Part shown: one piece after another, positions 35,843-49,462 of the stretch
Numbering within the stretch: position 1 is the first letter of the stretch
How the letters are laid out: each line of letters opens with the position of its first letter
NCBI GenBank assembly: GCA_012026655.1
Contig: JAAILG010000134.1
Coordinates: 1 to 64,000 of the forward strand
DNA: 64,000 nt
Direction: 5' to 3'
Source of the DNA: Hydrolagus affinis
Taxonomy: Eukaryota
Notes under the pieces: model-generated
Database searches by the model: none
What the model was told of the DNA's origin: nothing
What the model saw: the letters and a program-made list of their open reading frames with translations, nothing else
Position numbers and translations under genes: made by a program

Positions 35843-38475
35843 TGTAACTGTGATTCAACTGTAAAAGATTCAATGTCCAACAATAACAATTGTGAGATAA
35901 ATAACAGCTTGTTGGAACAGTGCCCCTCTGTCAGATCCTCCATTATATAGTAAGTGGTTTACACGTAGTCACAAGTTACAATGTCCTTTTTGACAGTTAA
36001 ATAAACCTTTTTTAAAAAAAAATGGAATGAGTTAGGCTTCCGAGGTACCATGAAGAGTTTAGTAATCTTTTCAGCTGCCCTTTTTTTTAAATTTAAATTG
36101 CAAGTAATTTTATAGACTTGCCATATCATTTGTAGTTTTAATGGTACATTTCTGGAAGGTTTTTAAAACAGCCACAAACAGGGACGTGGAAGCGCTTAAC
36201 ATGTGCAATCAAATTGAAAGTTCCAGATATTATCACAAAGCATAAGAATAAATCTTGAGCAGTTTTTAAAACTCATCTGAACCCTGCCCAAAGGATCAAT
36301 TCCAGCCTTTAAAATCCCTCCATGTTATGCATTATTTACTGTTCAGAGTTTCAATTTGATAAGAGAAATTTATTCTGCTTCTACACAGTTTATGTGTTAA
36401 CTCCTAACCTTGGTACTGTTGCTGACTTTGAACAGGCTCCTTAACTTTCACAGCATTCAAATGATAGGAGGAAAGATTGTCAATTGGTCTTTTTGAAGCA
36501 TACTGTAAGTAAATACTGCAACTTACTATTTGGGTTGCTGGAAAATTCAACTTCTGGCATAGAACAGTAAGTGGGTACAATAGGATGTACTTGATATATC
36601 ATATCTAAACTTCAATTACATTCTGGCTTTTTATGTATTGTCAACGTGTTACCAAAACATGAGCGATAGGAAAGAATGGCATTTGGAACAGACAATTTAT
36701 AAATATGCTCAAAGGTGTTCGTGCTGTTCTGCATCCATTTGTTGGGGCAAGAAACTGCATTACTTTACAAAATACTCATTTCAAGTCAGCAAGAACAGTC
36801 TTAGTGTGCAACACCAATCACAAATGTGTCTGTACATCCAGCTGTGAATGTAATGAAATAAAAGAAATGGCCACTCTGGAAAACTGAATGTCTGTACAGG
36901 TTCAAGTTCAGCTACAATGTAGGTGGATATCACTGACAAAAGACATTAGAGCAAAGCAATGCTGATCTTTCCTGCATTCTTCTGTGAACATTCTCGTTGG
37001 ACCAAAAATATTGCCATATCTGACAACTCCCATCAACTGTGATGGTAATGAGATGCAAATCTTGAGCATTAAAACTTGTCATTCTTGATTTGTTTAAATC
37101 AAACAAAGCCTTCAAATGATAGAGTTCAGATTGTTGAGGCCAAGGGATTAACACTGAGGGGAACTCTGATTTATCTGAAGGTAATAAAATGTTTTATGAG
37201 ATAATTTATCACATTTTCACCAAGATTCCCCAATTTAAAATCTTCAGAAAGAAGGAAGATAATTGAACCATTGAGAAATTAAACATAATTCTGCTACACT
37301 TTTTTTTTAGTCATGGTAGACTTAGTTCGTTTCTTCACTGGTCAGTTTTCATTTTGTAACTAAATCTACAGCAAATATCCATGAGCTTTCTTGTGAGGAG
37401 ACTGGATCATTTCATTGACCTGATTAATTTTCAGCACCAGAGTTACATACTGTTATCATGGCTGACCATTCATTTAACCCAGGAGAATGGGGGAAAGCTC
37501 ACAAGTAATAAATACTCAAGGCGCTTTATTTAATTAACGCTTTCATTAATTGACAAGACAAATCAATTTTATGTTTTCACAGTTCAGTGCACATTGTTAA
37601 AAATAGATTTCCATTACTTGAAGCTTCCTCCCTTTAAAATCCATTGCCCTTTGTCCTTCTGCATTTTTAAATACCACAATAATACTTTGGAGATGGCAGG
37701 AGTTACATATTTCTGCTTGACAGTAGTTAGCATGCAAAGCTTTATATTGGAAAATTAATTTTCATTGTGGGAATGGCTGCAAGTCTAGCAAGGAAACAAA
37801 TGAATGAGAATGGTTGTTTACCTATAATGGGAAAATCGACTAGAACATCAACTGTTAATGATACCTGACCCCTTTTGCTCACAATTGATCTAACATAACA
37901 TTGAACTGAGAGCTTGAATATTCCTTCAGCTTGGACAGAAGCATTTGTGAATCATTCCTGACAGGACAAGCAGAGAGCACTGGAGAAGAGACTAATTACT
38001 GTGCCTCTGATAGCTCACGAGGCTGTCTCTGGCTTAGTGAACTTGTAACATGACAGAATTACAAACACTTTATTACCATGCAGTCTTTGGTAATGACTAA
38101 AAGACACAATAAATCAACTGAGCATTTGTTGGTTCACATCTCTTTGATAACAGTTCATCAAATGGAAAATACGCCTTGGTGAAATTTCAACATCATGATC
38201 ATCAGTAATCCCCCAACTAACAGAACATTCTACATTCCACACAATCTGTACTTGAACATTGCCACTGAGCAAACCACATAAATCAACACATTTGTGTATT
38301 CATATCACAAATAAGATGAAGCAGGAAAAGTAGTTAGTCTGAAGGTTTATGTCAGTTTGTCAAGTATGCTCAACTTGGTTTCTGGAAGAATAGTCTGCTC
38401 TTGTTTCCAAGCTCTCTGACAATGTTATAGGCATCTATATCTTGATATAGGCACTTGAAAGTGAATATAAATAAG

Positions 38476-38864
38476 TGATAATCCTTATATTTGGTATTGG
38501 CTTTTCTAATTCAGAGGAAGTCTCAAAGTGCTTCACAGGACATACGATAAAGCATCCTGACTAGATTTTGTAGGTGAAACACAGAAGCCAAGTTGCACGC
38601 ATCAATCTACCACAAACAGCCCTGAAGTCAATGATTAATTTAATCAAATTGTTTGTTCAAGACCCTAGAGAAACTCCCTTCTCTTTTCAAAAAATGGCAT
38701 GTAAGTTTAAACATCCACTTGATCAGATAGTAGGGACCTCAGTTTAACAGTTTATTTCAGCACTCTAACAATGCAACACTGAACTGGAGTGGTACCAATG
38801 TTGGGATTGAACCTACAATGTTCTGAAACAGAGGCAAGAGTGCCAGCAACTGAGCTAGGCTGAT
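38476..38864 (-). mobile_element. Old full-length DeuSINE
   Basis: Minus strand: atcagcctagctcagttgctggcactcttgcctctg...gttcaatccc head, Deu motif gttaaactgaggtccc...gtggatgtttaa...atgccatttt, ctgtttgtgg, and a tail ending aaggattat. Confidence 0.75.
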
Positions 38865-40059
38865 GTATTGAATGGGAATAACCTGAGTGAGTTTTCTTCC
38901 AATTTGCCATTCCCTGAGGGCACAGCTGAGATAATTGTGTCGGAAGGTCACAGGTACAACGCCACAGTCTGAACTTTGTGGATTATTTCCCAAATCATGT
39001 AATATTCCTCAAAAAAATTATGGAATACAAAAAAGGAAGATGTTTTGCTTGCTTATTGTAAAGATAGACACCATTTATACACAATCGCAGAATTATATAC
39101 ATGCTTTCTTAAACTTAATGCAGTATTAGATCTTTTATGCATTTTGCATAATGTGTTCCAGCAATTCTAACTGTGATCCTACTACATTAGATCCATAATT
39201 AGGGAATAGCTCTGAAAAGGAAAGTTAGTGAAACGATCTATGTCACTGTTTTCTTTTGGATAAGGTTGGTGTTTCTTTGTTTTTCCAACACAGCTGGAGA
39301 TGCCAAATCCCATCCAGCAAAATACTGTACAAGGTTGACAGGGTGTATGCCTTACATGCTGTATTTTCAGAGGGTGGAGGCTGAGTTTATGTAATTGCAA
39401 AGCTGACATGTGTGCAGATACCAAAGCAGCTTCACCTTCCCTCTGTCTGACACATTTCTCTGTTTTCAGTCATCGTTTGCTATGTCCATCTGTGTTACTG
39501 TTTGGGGTTAGACTTCTCCCATTCGACTTTTGCTGAATTTAATTTGCACTGAATAAGGCAGCTGCTTTATGGACTTATTGTGAACCTCTAAGACCATATG
39601 GTCATTAGTGAAACAATCTGTGGCAATTCCATGCCTTGGAGCAAATTTGGCAGCTTCTGTGCCCTTAGTACAATGCCAAAGCAATACAAAAGTCTTGGAG
39701 TAGGAAGTCTTGGAGCAGGAATAACTGCTAAAAAAAAAAAAAAACATTGGGTTGGTGAAAGAAATCACAAGATGTCCATCTATTCTCATGAGAGTTTTAA
39801 GATTTGGTATCCCAAGACTGTTGTGCTGTAGGCAAAAAAAATGTACAATTTAACAAGTCTGGATTGGTGGTGAGGTTCACTGCCAATGGACCTGTACAAT
39901 CCTGTCTATCAGGACTGTACAACGCTTTGTCTTTATTAGAAGACACTTCAGTAAAGTCATTTGACATTTGTGATCAAATGGCTTACAGTGGAATTCTGCT
40001 CCACGAGGAAGTCTGTTGCATTATATGTCAACATGAACATTTTATTCAATTCATCTCTA

Positions 40060-40300
40060 CTATCCCCCACACCCTTTGTTTTGTACCATTAACACCCCTT
40101 TTTCCCCATCATCTCCTATTCTCTATCCCGTCTTCCTTGCCCTTCCTCCCTGCCAACATGCCCCAGTTCTGATGAAGGATTGTGGACCCAAAATGATGAC
40201 TCACTTTCCTTTCTCCATGGATGCTACCTGACCTGCTGTGTGTTCCCAGCGACCTCTATTTTTGTGTCAGATTTCCACAATCTGCAGGATTTCGAATTTT
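40060..40300 (+). mobile_element. Penelope-like terminal fragment with a degenerate hammerhead-like core
   Basis: ccctttgttttgt...ctgatgaaggattgtggacccaaaatg...tctccatggatgctacctgacctgctgtgtgttcccagc...tcagatttccacaatctgcagga. Confidence 0.55.
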
Positions 40301-41245
40301 GTTTAGTTAATTTATCTTTCTGTCTGTGAATCACCCAAAATTGACTTGTTACATTTCTCAAAGAATCTCACTTTAGTCCATCTGAAACTTAAATTTTCAA
40401 ACATGACAAATATCTTCTGCCTTCCAACAACTGACCTCCTATGGTTACATCCCCCTCACCCTTTGCTCAGCGTTCATCCATGCCCTTGTGCAGCACCCTA
40501 AGATTCCATGCTACGTGAAGGGTGCAAAATAAATACAGTACATTGATTAGAAAGACCCTTGTGGTTTTAGACAATGTACAGTATTGAAATACAGTATTTC
40601 AAAGAGGTAGAAATTTTGCTTGAAGGCTTAAAAAGAATTAAGGCTTTTTCACTCCAAATTGTCTTTGAAAACGAACAGCATACCAATGGCAAAATAATTA
40701 ATTTTATTAAATTACTCGTACTACTCTCATTTTAATAACCCTGAATCTTTCTGAGCAGGTTTTTATTATCTTTGTTCTGCCTGATTCTGTTAGACTCTTC
40801 TATTCAGCTTTGAAATCTGAGTAAATTCCACCCACTCGATAACATAATTCTCATTTAAGTCAAGAAGTGCTTTCATATTTTTGGAGAGGGTGGGGAGAGA
40901 GAGAAGTGGTCTTTGAACCCTTTCAATGTTTTAACTATAGCTAAGAGAAGTAAAAAGCCAAAAAGATACACTGGAGACAGTATATAATAGCACACAATTC
41001 TGAAGAGTTGAGAGCAAGAATACACTCGACAATCCCAATAATTCTCTGTTAACTTGCTATTTCTTGTGCTTTTTCATGGTGACCTTTTGCCTTATATATG
41101 GTTTCAATGTTTATCAAACTATTGATCATCTGAATGAAAAAAACAATAAAACATCATTCTCTTACACTGCTCATGTTTGTTAAAGCGATTGTTTTTCAGG
41201 AAGTTTTGGCCTGTTCTTACATACTATTACTTTGTAAATGCTCAA

Positions 41246-41581
41246 CATAATAATAATAATCTTTGGATTTGACATAGTGTCTTATCACATCTTCGAGACA
41301 TCTCAAAGTACTTAAAAGAATATGCTATAAACTGAATTGAATATATATTTTCACTAAAGGTCATGGATTGACTGACCAAATTATTTTTATTTATTATTTT
41401 TGAAAGCATTATTTCTCCTGGAAAAGCCATCTACCAATCAACTAACAATCAGGTTCCCACTTACCGCTAGGTAAACGGAGGCCTATGGAAAAAGGCAACT
41501 TCCCGAATATTTTGCCCTGCCCGGAATCAAACCTAGGTCTTCTCGCAAAGCGAGTGTTCTAACCCCCTGAGCTACAGGACA
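41246..41581 (-). mobile_element. SINE variant with an extra CORE-like internal segment
   Basis: Head gtcctgtagctcagggggttagaacactcgctttgcgagaagacctaggtttgattcc; then gggaagttgcc...gcctccgtttacctagcggtaagtgggaacctg; standard tail. Confidence 0.75.
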
Positions 41582-42377
41582 CGCATAATATAGCTGGTCC
41601 ACTCCACTATGTCTATGAGTTACCAGGAAAGCTGTCTGAGGCCAGGAAATTATTCATTTACGTAACAACTTGATGTAATTTTGTGAAGATTGGAGGTGGG
41701 AATTCTGGAACGATGAGATCAAATGGCCAAAGGGTCTTCTTTATCTGAACCTCACTTGGATCGTGTGAATGCCTAATCACCGCTTACACTCAGAAATATA
41801 CACCATAAGATCAATTCCATGAGAGACTTAAATAGCTTCCAGCAGTTTGTAAATTCTTTAAATTGAAAAGGTGGGTTATTAACCATTCCCCAGCACCAAC
41901 TATCTTAATCACTGACATCCAGTTCTCTTAAACAATAGCCTTTTAGTTAACAAGCATAGATGTAGTGTCAATAAGATTTATGTCTCTTATGTTGGTGTTA
42001 TTATTTCACAAAAATATAATTTTTTTGTAGCAATTGCAACTCTGAAGATGGATTGCTTTAATAAATATCAAACTACATTATAAATATTCCACATCAATTT
42101 GGATTCTAACCTCAAATCACATGTAAATAACATACTGACTGCTATAGTTGAACAGGCCCCAGATTGAGATTCTATCCAAGCTTAGGGAGAGCAGGAAATT
42201 AATACTGGTTTGGCTAGAATTCTACCATTCAGACCTTATGGAAACAGACTCTGACTGTGGAGAAAAACCCAATTATGAGACTTAAGGCAGGGTATCAGGT
42301 AGCAGCAAATGAAAAAGGGAATTTCTTCTTGTTTCCCAGCCAATTTTTGTGCAGAAAAAAAACGTTTTTTATTAAAC

Positions 42378-42522
42378 ATGACGTGGCTGTGCACAAATTG
42401 CCTGCTGTATTCACCCACAGTCACCACACTTCGCAGTGAAAAAAAATCCTGTGAAGCGCTTTGAGGTGTTTGGTGATGTGATGAGAAGCAATATCAAATG
42501 CAATGCTAATTGTTACTATTAT
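42378..42522 (+). mobile_element. SINE/DeuSINE 3' tail fragment
   Basis: gctgtgcacaaattgcctgctgtattcacccacagtc...ctgtgaagcgctttgagg...atatcaaatgcaa. Confidence 0.65.
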
Positions 42523-45500
42523 TAACATTTTTAAAAATCAAAGCCAAGTTGTTTGTGCAGCCGTCTTCAATTTTGTTTTGGTCAGCCGAGTATCTAACCT
42601 ATGTAGAACCCCATTGTATTTAAACTAAACCGAGAGTTCCATGCATCCCATCTACACATGAAAATTCCAGAGATATTTGTTGGAATGGAATGCACACTCT
42701 CTCCGCCCTGGAAGAATGCTTCCTGCTTACCTAATTTTGGAAAGTATTTGGCACAAGTTGACAAGAGACAAGGCTTGCGGACACCAGAGTGTGCATTGGG
42801 GTACTGCTGGAGAGTAACCAGCCATGACTTGTCTTTGAAAGTACTGGCTGCAAGCTTTCCAGCAGTTTGTCCAGTAAGGAGCATCTGCCTTGCAGAGTTA
42901 AGGGTTACTAAGCAGGAAGAATTCCAGCTCCCTCTGACATTCATCATTGATCGTTCAAGTCCTGCCAATGAGCCCACTATGTAGTGCTGTACATTGGAAT
43001 ACTGCAGACTCGCCTGGCTCTGGAACTGGGCAACCAAAACAGCTACAGAGGGCGGGCTCCATTCCAACATTTAGTTGCCAAACATGTCATCTTGAACCCA
43101 GTTCAGCCCCAAAGAGACTCAATTACAACCCACCCCATCTCACTTTTCACTAGTCTTCAAAAATGTAAAAGCAAAAGAATAAACATTTTTCAGTTTTAAA
43201 TTTGGATGAGCTATTCCAGGGCCAAGTATGGCATAAAGAAAGAAGAATGACTCCTTCTGTCAAATATCACTATTGCCTCTCAGGTGAGCACTACGATGGT
43301 CACTGCAATGTGACAGTTCCATTTCTAAGATCTCTATCCTTGTTGGCTCTCCGTGCGAGATAACAGGATTGATGACAACTATTTCCAAGCCTGAGGCAGA
43401 TGAAGCATTCTCCTGGAAACTTGATTTGGACCGTCAAAACTCATTCTACCTGCAACCAACAAGAGGTTTCAGATGGAAGCCCAGGATCACATCATCTGTC
43501 TGAGCCATGTTAAGATGTACAGCCCAGAGCGGAAAGATCAATATTTCCAGTATTCTTGGAACCTGTGTCAGTGTCATAGATTGTATAGAACACCAAGGAC
43601 ATGTACCATATCTACGTCCACGTCAGTGATGCACATTGAGGCTGTAAAATCGATTGTGTGCTGCTGCCAAATTTCATCCGCATGCCCTTCTGCTGGTTGT
43701 AATGACCCGATACAATTTCTCAAGCATTCAAGCTGTAAGAACACACGGAATAGACCATTTAACCAATTGAGCCTGTTCAGCCATTTTCTTAGATTTTAAT
43801 TTCCAGTTTCCTGATCCTTTTCTCCATTCAACTGAGCTGCCTGAACCAACCCCTTCCAGAAGAGCCCAAAATAGAGAGCAAACAAAAAATTGAATAAGTG
43901 ATGCAAGAAAGAGGAGCTATTCCTTCATCAGACCGTATAAACCGTGTGCAATTTCTACATATTTAATGGATGCCTAGTAGATATATTCTCTTCTGCGGCT
44001 CCAATTTTCAGAAGGTGGGTACTTTGTTGTAATATTAAACGTTATGATTTAAAATAATCCCATTTATAATGCATAATATTATTCAGTTTGCTTTAATTGC
44101 TGGATATAATAAGTGAATTCTCTCTTTTTTTTCCCGATGAAAGCTAATGTGATGCAGGGGAATAGTGACTGTGACAAGAGAATGGGGAAATGAATCAACA
44201 GTCCTCACATTTGGTATTTAAGTGATATTTACATTGAGAGGATATCTCAAAGCACTTCACAGTTTTAAGTGTACAACTGTATATTTGAAATACCTGGAGA
44301 AGTAGAAAATGTGGCCTCCTTTACACTATTTCTAATAATAAAACTTAATAAAGATTCATTTGTAATGTATGAAAACTGCAGCAGCTACTCGCAGGCACTG
44401 AGACAGATCAATAAGGTGTCACAACCTGTAAAACTCCTCGCAGATTCATGTTATGTTTTCCCCTTCCTTCATGATCTATAAACACGGCGTGATCTGCCCA
44501 TTAAAAGCAAGGCAGGATGCTGCCAAGAATGAATTTGCGCTTCAGGTGAAGAATAGCTTGTGTTGCTGAGGCAAGCACCTTCCATACTGATTTTGAAAGC
44601 GAGATCAACATGCATTCAAGTGCAAATTATCACCTAACAATTAGACTTTAAAATCCCAACCACTGTAGTTTCCAGAGCATTCGCCTCTTTCTTTCAAATT
44701 AAAATACTGCTGATCATTAGACAAATTTACTTTGTTCCATTGCTGGAGATATTTTTGCAAAACATGCCAACTTACCATATTAATTTCAACCCACAAAATC
44801 CCTGGATCCAGATAAATGATTTACACAGGCTTTATGAAAGAGGGCTTGTGTTCGATATTGAGATAAGGCACTTTTTATTCCAGCCAGTCTGGTCCTAAGT
44901 ACACAGATGAATGAGGCCCTTGCTGCCTTCGAGGTGCTTGGCAGGACAGGGATCTCGAACCTCCGATGAGAAAAATACCAATTTTTTCTGAAGCTTATGG
45001 CAGCAAGTTGTGGAAAAATATCACCACTGATTGCTTATCAGATGGCACGCTGGATAAATGACTGTGCTGTACTGTGGTACAGAAATAGATACAAATGTTG
45101 CAAGTGTTGGGTCAATTTCACTTTTCTTCACACTTATTTTGGTTTAACATTGTTTTCTATTTTCTACCCATTCAACCTTCTAACCTTTCACAGCATACAT
45201 GGAACTTTTCTCTGCTGGTGTCTAACTTTTAAGCCCATGGCTTATTTTCCTACTCTCTTCCAGCAAAACCAAGTCCAGGTGGAAACAAATGCGATTTTTA
45301 TTGGTTTCTTGGTCTGCTTAGACAGGCTAGTTTTGCAAGCAACAAAAGCCTGAAAGATCTATGATTGGCAAAAACATCACAGCTGTGACTTTGTGAACTC
45401 TAACATAATTTCTAGGTGTGAAATAAGAAGTGATGGCTGTGAACAAACTCCCCCAAATCCAGTAATGCATGATTTGGTTAACTGTTTGTGGTGCATTGTG

Positions 45501-46744
45501 AGTTAATTGAAAGGCTGTTTATAAGGAAATAAAGAAGGTCTTGATGGAACATCTGGCAGTATTGCCAGGTGTTTGGATATGATTTTGCACTTGCAGAGAT
45601 GTGTTTCACTTGCAGACTTGACAGATGAACAATTTGCAGCCAGTTTAATTAAAGGATTCCATTGCTTCCCCACAGCCAGCAAGTCAAATTGTGGCCTGTC
45701 GTAGATTCATGCTATGCATTTGCCTTATTTTGGGTTGCTGACATGAAAGGCGTGTCATTTTGGTTGTTGTTGATATTTTCAGACTTTTATTTTTTATAAG
45801 TCTCTAGTTAAAAGCAGAGAGTCGGTGTGATGTTAAAAGGCATCATTGCGAAAGGAGCACAAAGTTCTCTAAACAGGAAGAACTGTGGAGAGGGTAGGAT
45901 GTGGGTCTTTTAATGAAAACCACTCAGATTCCTATTGTTTAAAGGGGAGAACTGACTGAGTCAAACACAATATCTCTTAATAATGTTTTTTTTGTGTCTG
46001 TATTGTACAAGACATTGGATTTCTTAATGTCGGAAATTATGCTGTAGCATACATAAAACAATTACATTAGTAATTTTTTGTTAATGCATTGCAATGAACA
46101 AATTATTTGCAGTTAAAGCTACTAAATAAACAGATATTATTTAAAACATTTCCCATCTGTTGCGTTCTTCCTCACGTTGAGATTTCAAATGACATTCCTC
46201 TCCTTTTTACTTGCATTCTGTTGTGCAGATAAATAAACTACATTTCAGTTTTATCCAAGCAACAGTCTGGCAGAATTGACTTACATTCTGTCTCTCTGGA
46301 CCAGTACGTTATTGGAGGCATAGCTTTGAGCCTTTCTCCTCATGTCTCAGTAGATTTAAAAATTATAACATCAAATTCTGTACATTTGCAATCCGCAAGA
46401 GACAACTTTCTCAATTTGTGATCTTTGTGAGATATTGTATTTTTATTCTACTAGACGGAAAAATTTCATTGAATATTCTGTCCCTTTAATACTTATATTA
46501 AAATATGAAGGTTATTATCATGTACATTTTCTACTTGCAGCATGTGTTTGATTGCACCCACTTATAAAAACAATTTGAGATAGAGCTCAGCATTTTGCCA
46601 AAGCACTCATACAAAGTAAATTGTGTCAAAGCACTCATACAAAATAATTCACTTTGATATTCTGTAATTGTTTTGTTGGCATTAGTGGCAGCTACAACCT
46701 CCAACAACAGAAGCAGCAACAATATAAACAACCAGGTTGAACCT

Positions 46745-46945
46745 GGTCTTGGTGAATTTGGATGAGGGAGGGATTATTGGCCATTGGCTGGGACCCTGCT
46801 TTTCTTTCAAATGATGCCATGGTATCTTCAATGTCCATCTCTCTCAGGATTGCATTACTGTGTCATTCCAGATTATGAGCTGGGTCTTGCGTCACAACCT
46901 TCAGACCCAGCGGCAAGTCTGCTACCAATCGAGTCAAACTGACAC
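46745..46945 (-). mobile_element. DeuSINE 5' half
   Basis: Minus strand: gtgtcagtttgactcgattggtagcagacttgcc...ctgaaggttgtg head; ggacattgaagataccatggcatcatttgaaagaaagcaggg and ggccaataatccctccctca (Deu domain). Confidence 0.65.
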
Positions 46946-48615
46946 TTTTTTCACAAACAATGAGCACCTCCCTGATTCATTCAATTTAGCTTGCGTGGAC
47001 TGACATTTTTCATTGTTCAAGAAGTGTAGCAGGTATTTTATATCATGTGTTGCAAATAACAGATGGTCAGTGGCCTATGCAGTCCAACAATGTTCATAAT
47101 TGCATGTCGAGGTTTATATTTCCGACCTTACATGGGTTGTAAGTACTGTTTGGATTTTATGTAAGAATATATTTGCAATTCTGGAAACCCTTTATTCTCT
47201 GTGCGATCAATGTGCTCTTTGTTTTAACCTCCATATCTCCATTCTCTTCTCCCTCAGCCCAGAGAAACTGGAGAGTCCTGGCAGCAGACTTCCAAGCGAA
47301 GAACAGTAATGTTGCTCACAAATCAACCAACACCTGCAAGGGCAGAACCAGTCTGTTTTCCCGTAATTCTCCCCAATTCTTCCAATCATATGTTTTGTTG
47401 TAAAGTCAGCTGCCAATAGTGAGGCTCAGGGGGTTGAGAGACATGTAGTGGATCTGACCCTCACCCACTACAACCCCTCCATTTAACAACTCAAATGCAT
47501 AGCTGTACTTTTCCGAATCTATATACTGTATTCCCTTTCTCTATTTGCAGTCCATTTGCAACAATCGTCTCTGGAAATTATATTAAAAGAAAACAAAATA
47601 CGAGAGCATCACAAAGGATACGTTTGCACTTCAGCTGGTTGAGCAAATTGGATATACTGTATAGTGTTTTAGTCTATACATCCAGTCTACAGCAAAAAAA
47701 GCAGCTACCAATTTAATGGTCTTATTAGAAAAGTAATACAAGTCCCTTCGTAGCAGTGAAGGAGGATTTCTAATGTCCTATGTAAAGCTTTTGGGTCAGA
47801 ATTTTTCTTTGGTCACGTCTGAAATATAATTTAGGTGGTCAACACAAACACACAGAAATAATTCAGAAATAATTAATCCTGAATCCCGCTAATCCTGTTT
47901 CAGTAATCTGTTATCCTTGCTGCAGCATTGAAACACTAATCAAATGACTTGCCTTTCATTTCCTCGGCACTAATGTTATTACAGCTTTTCATTATTCCCT
48001 TTCCCTGATAAGATCGTCTTTTGCATTAACAGAAGCTAACATGGTCTTGTTAATGAACACTTTAAATTGAACTGTGCAGCATGACCAATAATAGGAGGGC
48101 AACACCTTTTTAGCATAACCACATTTTTATTTTAGTGCCAATTAACACGTTAGGGAGAGCAGGAATTAGTGAGCCGAACAAGCATTCAAATAACATCCAA
48201 ATTCATGAGGCAAAGCTGAAGGTTTTTTTTCGCCCCCTCTTTAGCAGCCCTGGGGCACACAGTTACGATATGTTCAATTCCCCAATATCAAAATATCAAA
48301 TTACGCCGTATTATTCATGTGAATAAAAATGATCTCAATTGACTGCCTTAATTATAAACGCAATCCATCTCTGCCCAATGTTTCCCACACAGGGTATTGT
48401 AGTAATGGATGCAAAAAGGCAGCAGTTCAAAGTATGCCTTACACTGGACAGAAATAGTGTTCTATAGTAATTTTCAGAGCTGCTGCACAACTGCATGGCA
48501 ATGCTAAAATATCTTCTCCACTCCTCAATGAAGAATTCATCATGTTTGTTCTTTATTTACAGCTATTTTTGCCATTCTTTGACTATGCCATCAACTCCCA
48601 TTAATACATTGTCTC

Positions 48616-48967
48616 ATAATAATAATAATAATAATAATCCTTGCATTTGATATAGCGCTTTCCACATTTTTATCAACGTCCCAAAGCGCTTCACAGAATA
48701 TACTGTAAAGTGAATTGACTGTATATATTTGTGGGCGAATCGCGGCAGCCATATGGGCACAGCAGTGTCCCACACACAGTCGTGGATTGAAATGACCAAT
48801 TTTACTATTGTGTTTTTTTTTTTGGAGGGATTATTATTAGGCATGTGGAGTAAGGAAACTTGCCCAAGGTTTCGCCCTGACCTACCTGGATTCGAACACA
48901 GGTCTCCCCAGCTTGGTCTCCCCAGCTTGCAAGACACGTGCTCTAACCATTGAGCCACAGGATCTCC
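48616..48967 (-). mobile_element. Full-length, relatively young SINE with a 14-bp duplication in the head
   Basis: Long (AAT)n tail, complete body, head cctgtggctcaatggttagagcacgtgtcttgcaagctggggagaccaagctggggagacctgtgttcgaatcc. Confidence 0.92.
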
Positions 48968-49462
48968 TGTGATAATAGATAAACAAATATATTAACCCAG
49001 TTTTTCATGTAACATTGAAATAGCATTAACTCCCATAAAGCAATCACTGTTTATGGTTTCCCATTAAAAAAATTGAACAGTACTTTGTGTGACATTTACT
49101 TGGAATAACATAATTTTGTTTGGCCCTCTTACAATAAGCAATTATTTAGTGCTTTGTCTATTTTTGGATTAACGTCTCTCCAGCTTGCTATTTCTTTTCC
49201 ACCATGTTATAGGTTTCGATCTTTAAGAGCTCCTCTTTAAAGAGACATGCTCCGAGACTTGTGAAGCACACTATATAACTGCTAGTTGTTGTTATTGTTG
49301 CTGCAATGTGACATTGAAATGCTTTTGTTTTCTAAAAAAAAGTGTATTTCTTTCTGAGACAGAAAATCTACTTGTATTTATCTATCTGTATATATATATG
49401 CATATTTATATAGTGCCTATCACACGGGGTAGCACTTGAGCGCTTAACCATGGAGTAGTTTT

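Noticed and set aside
48591-48958. ORFs of 60-114 aa overlapping SINEs (also at 9572, 19447, 55087, 62031)
   Set aside because: Incidental readings of non-coding SINE sequence.
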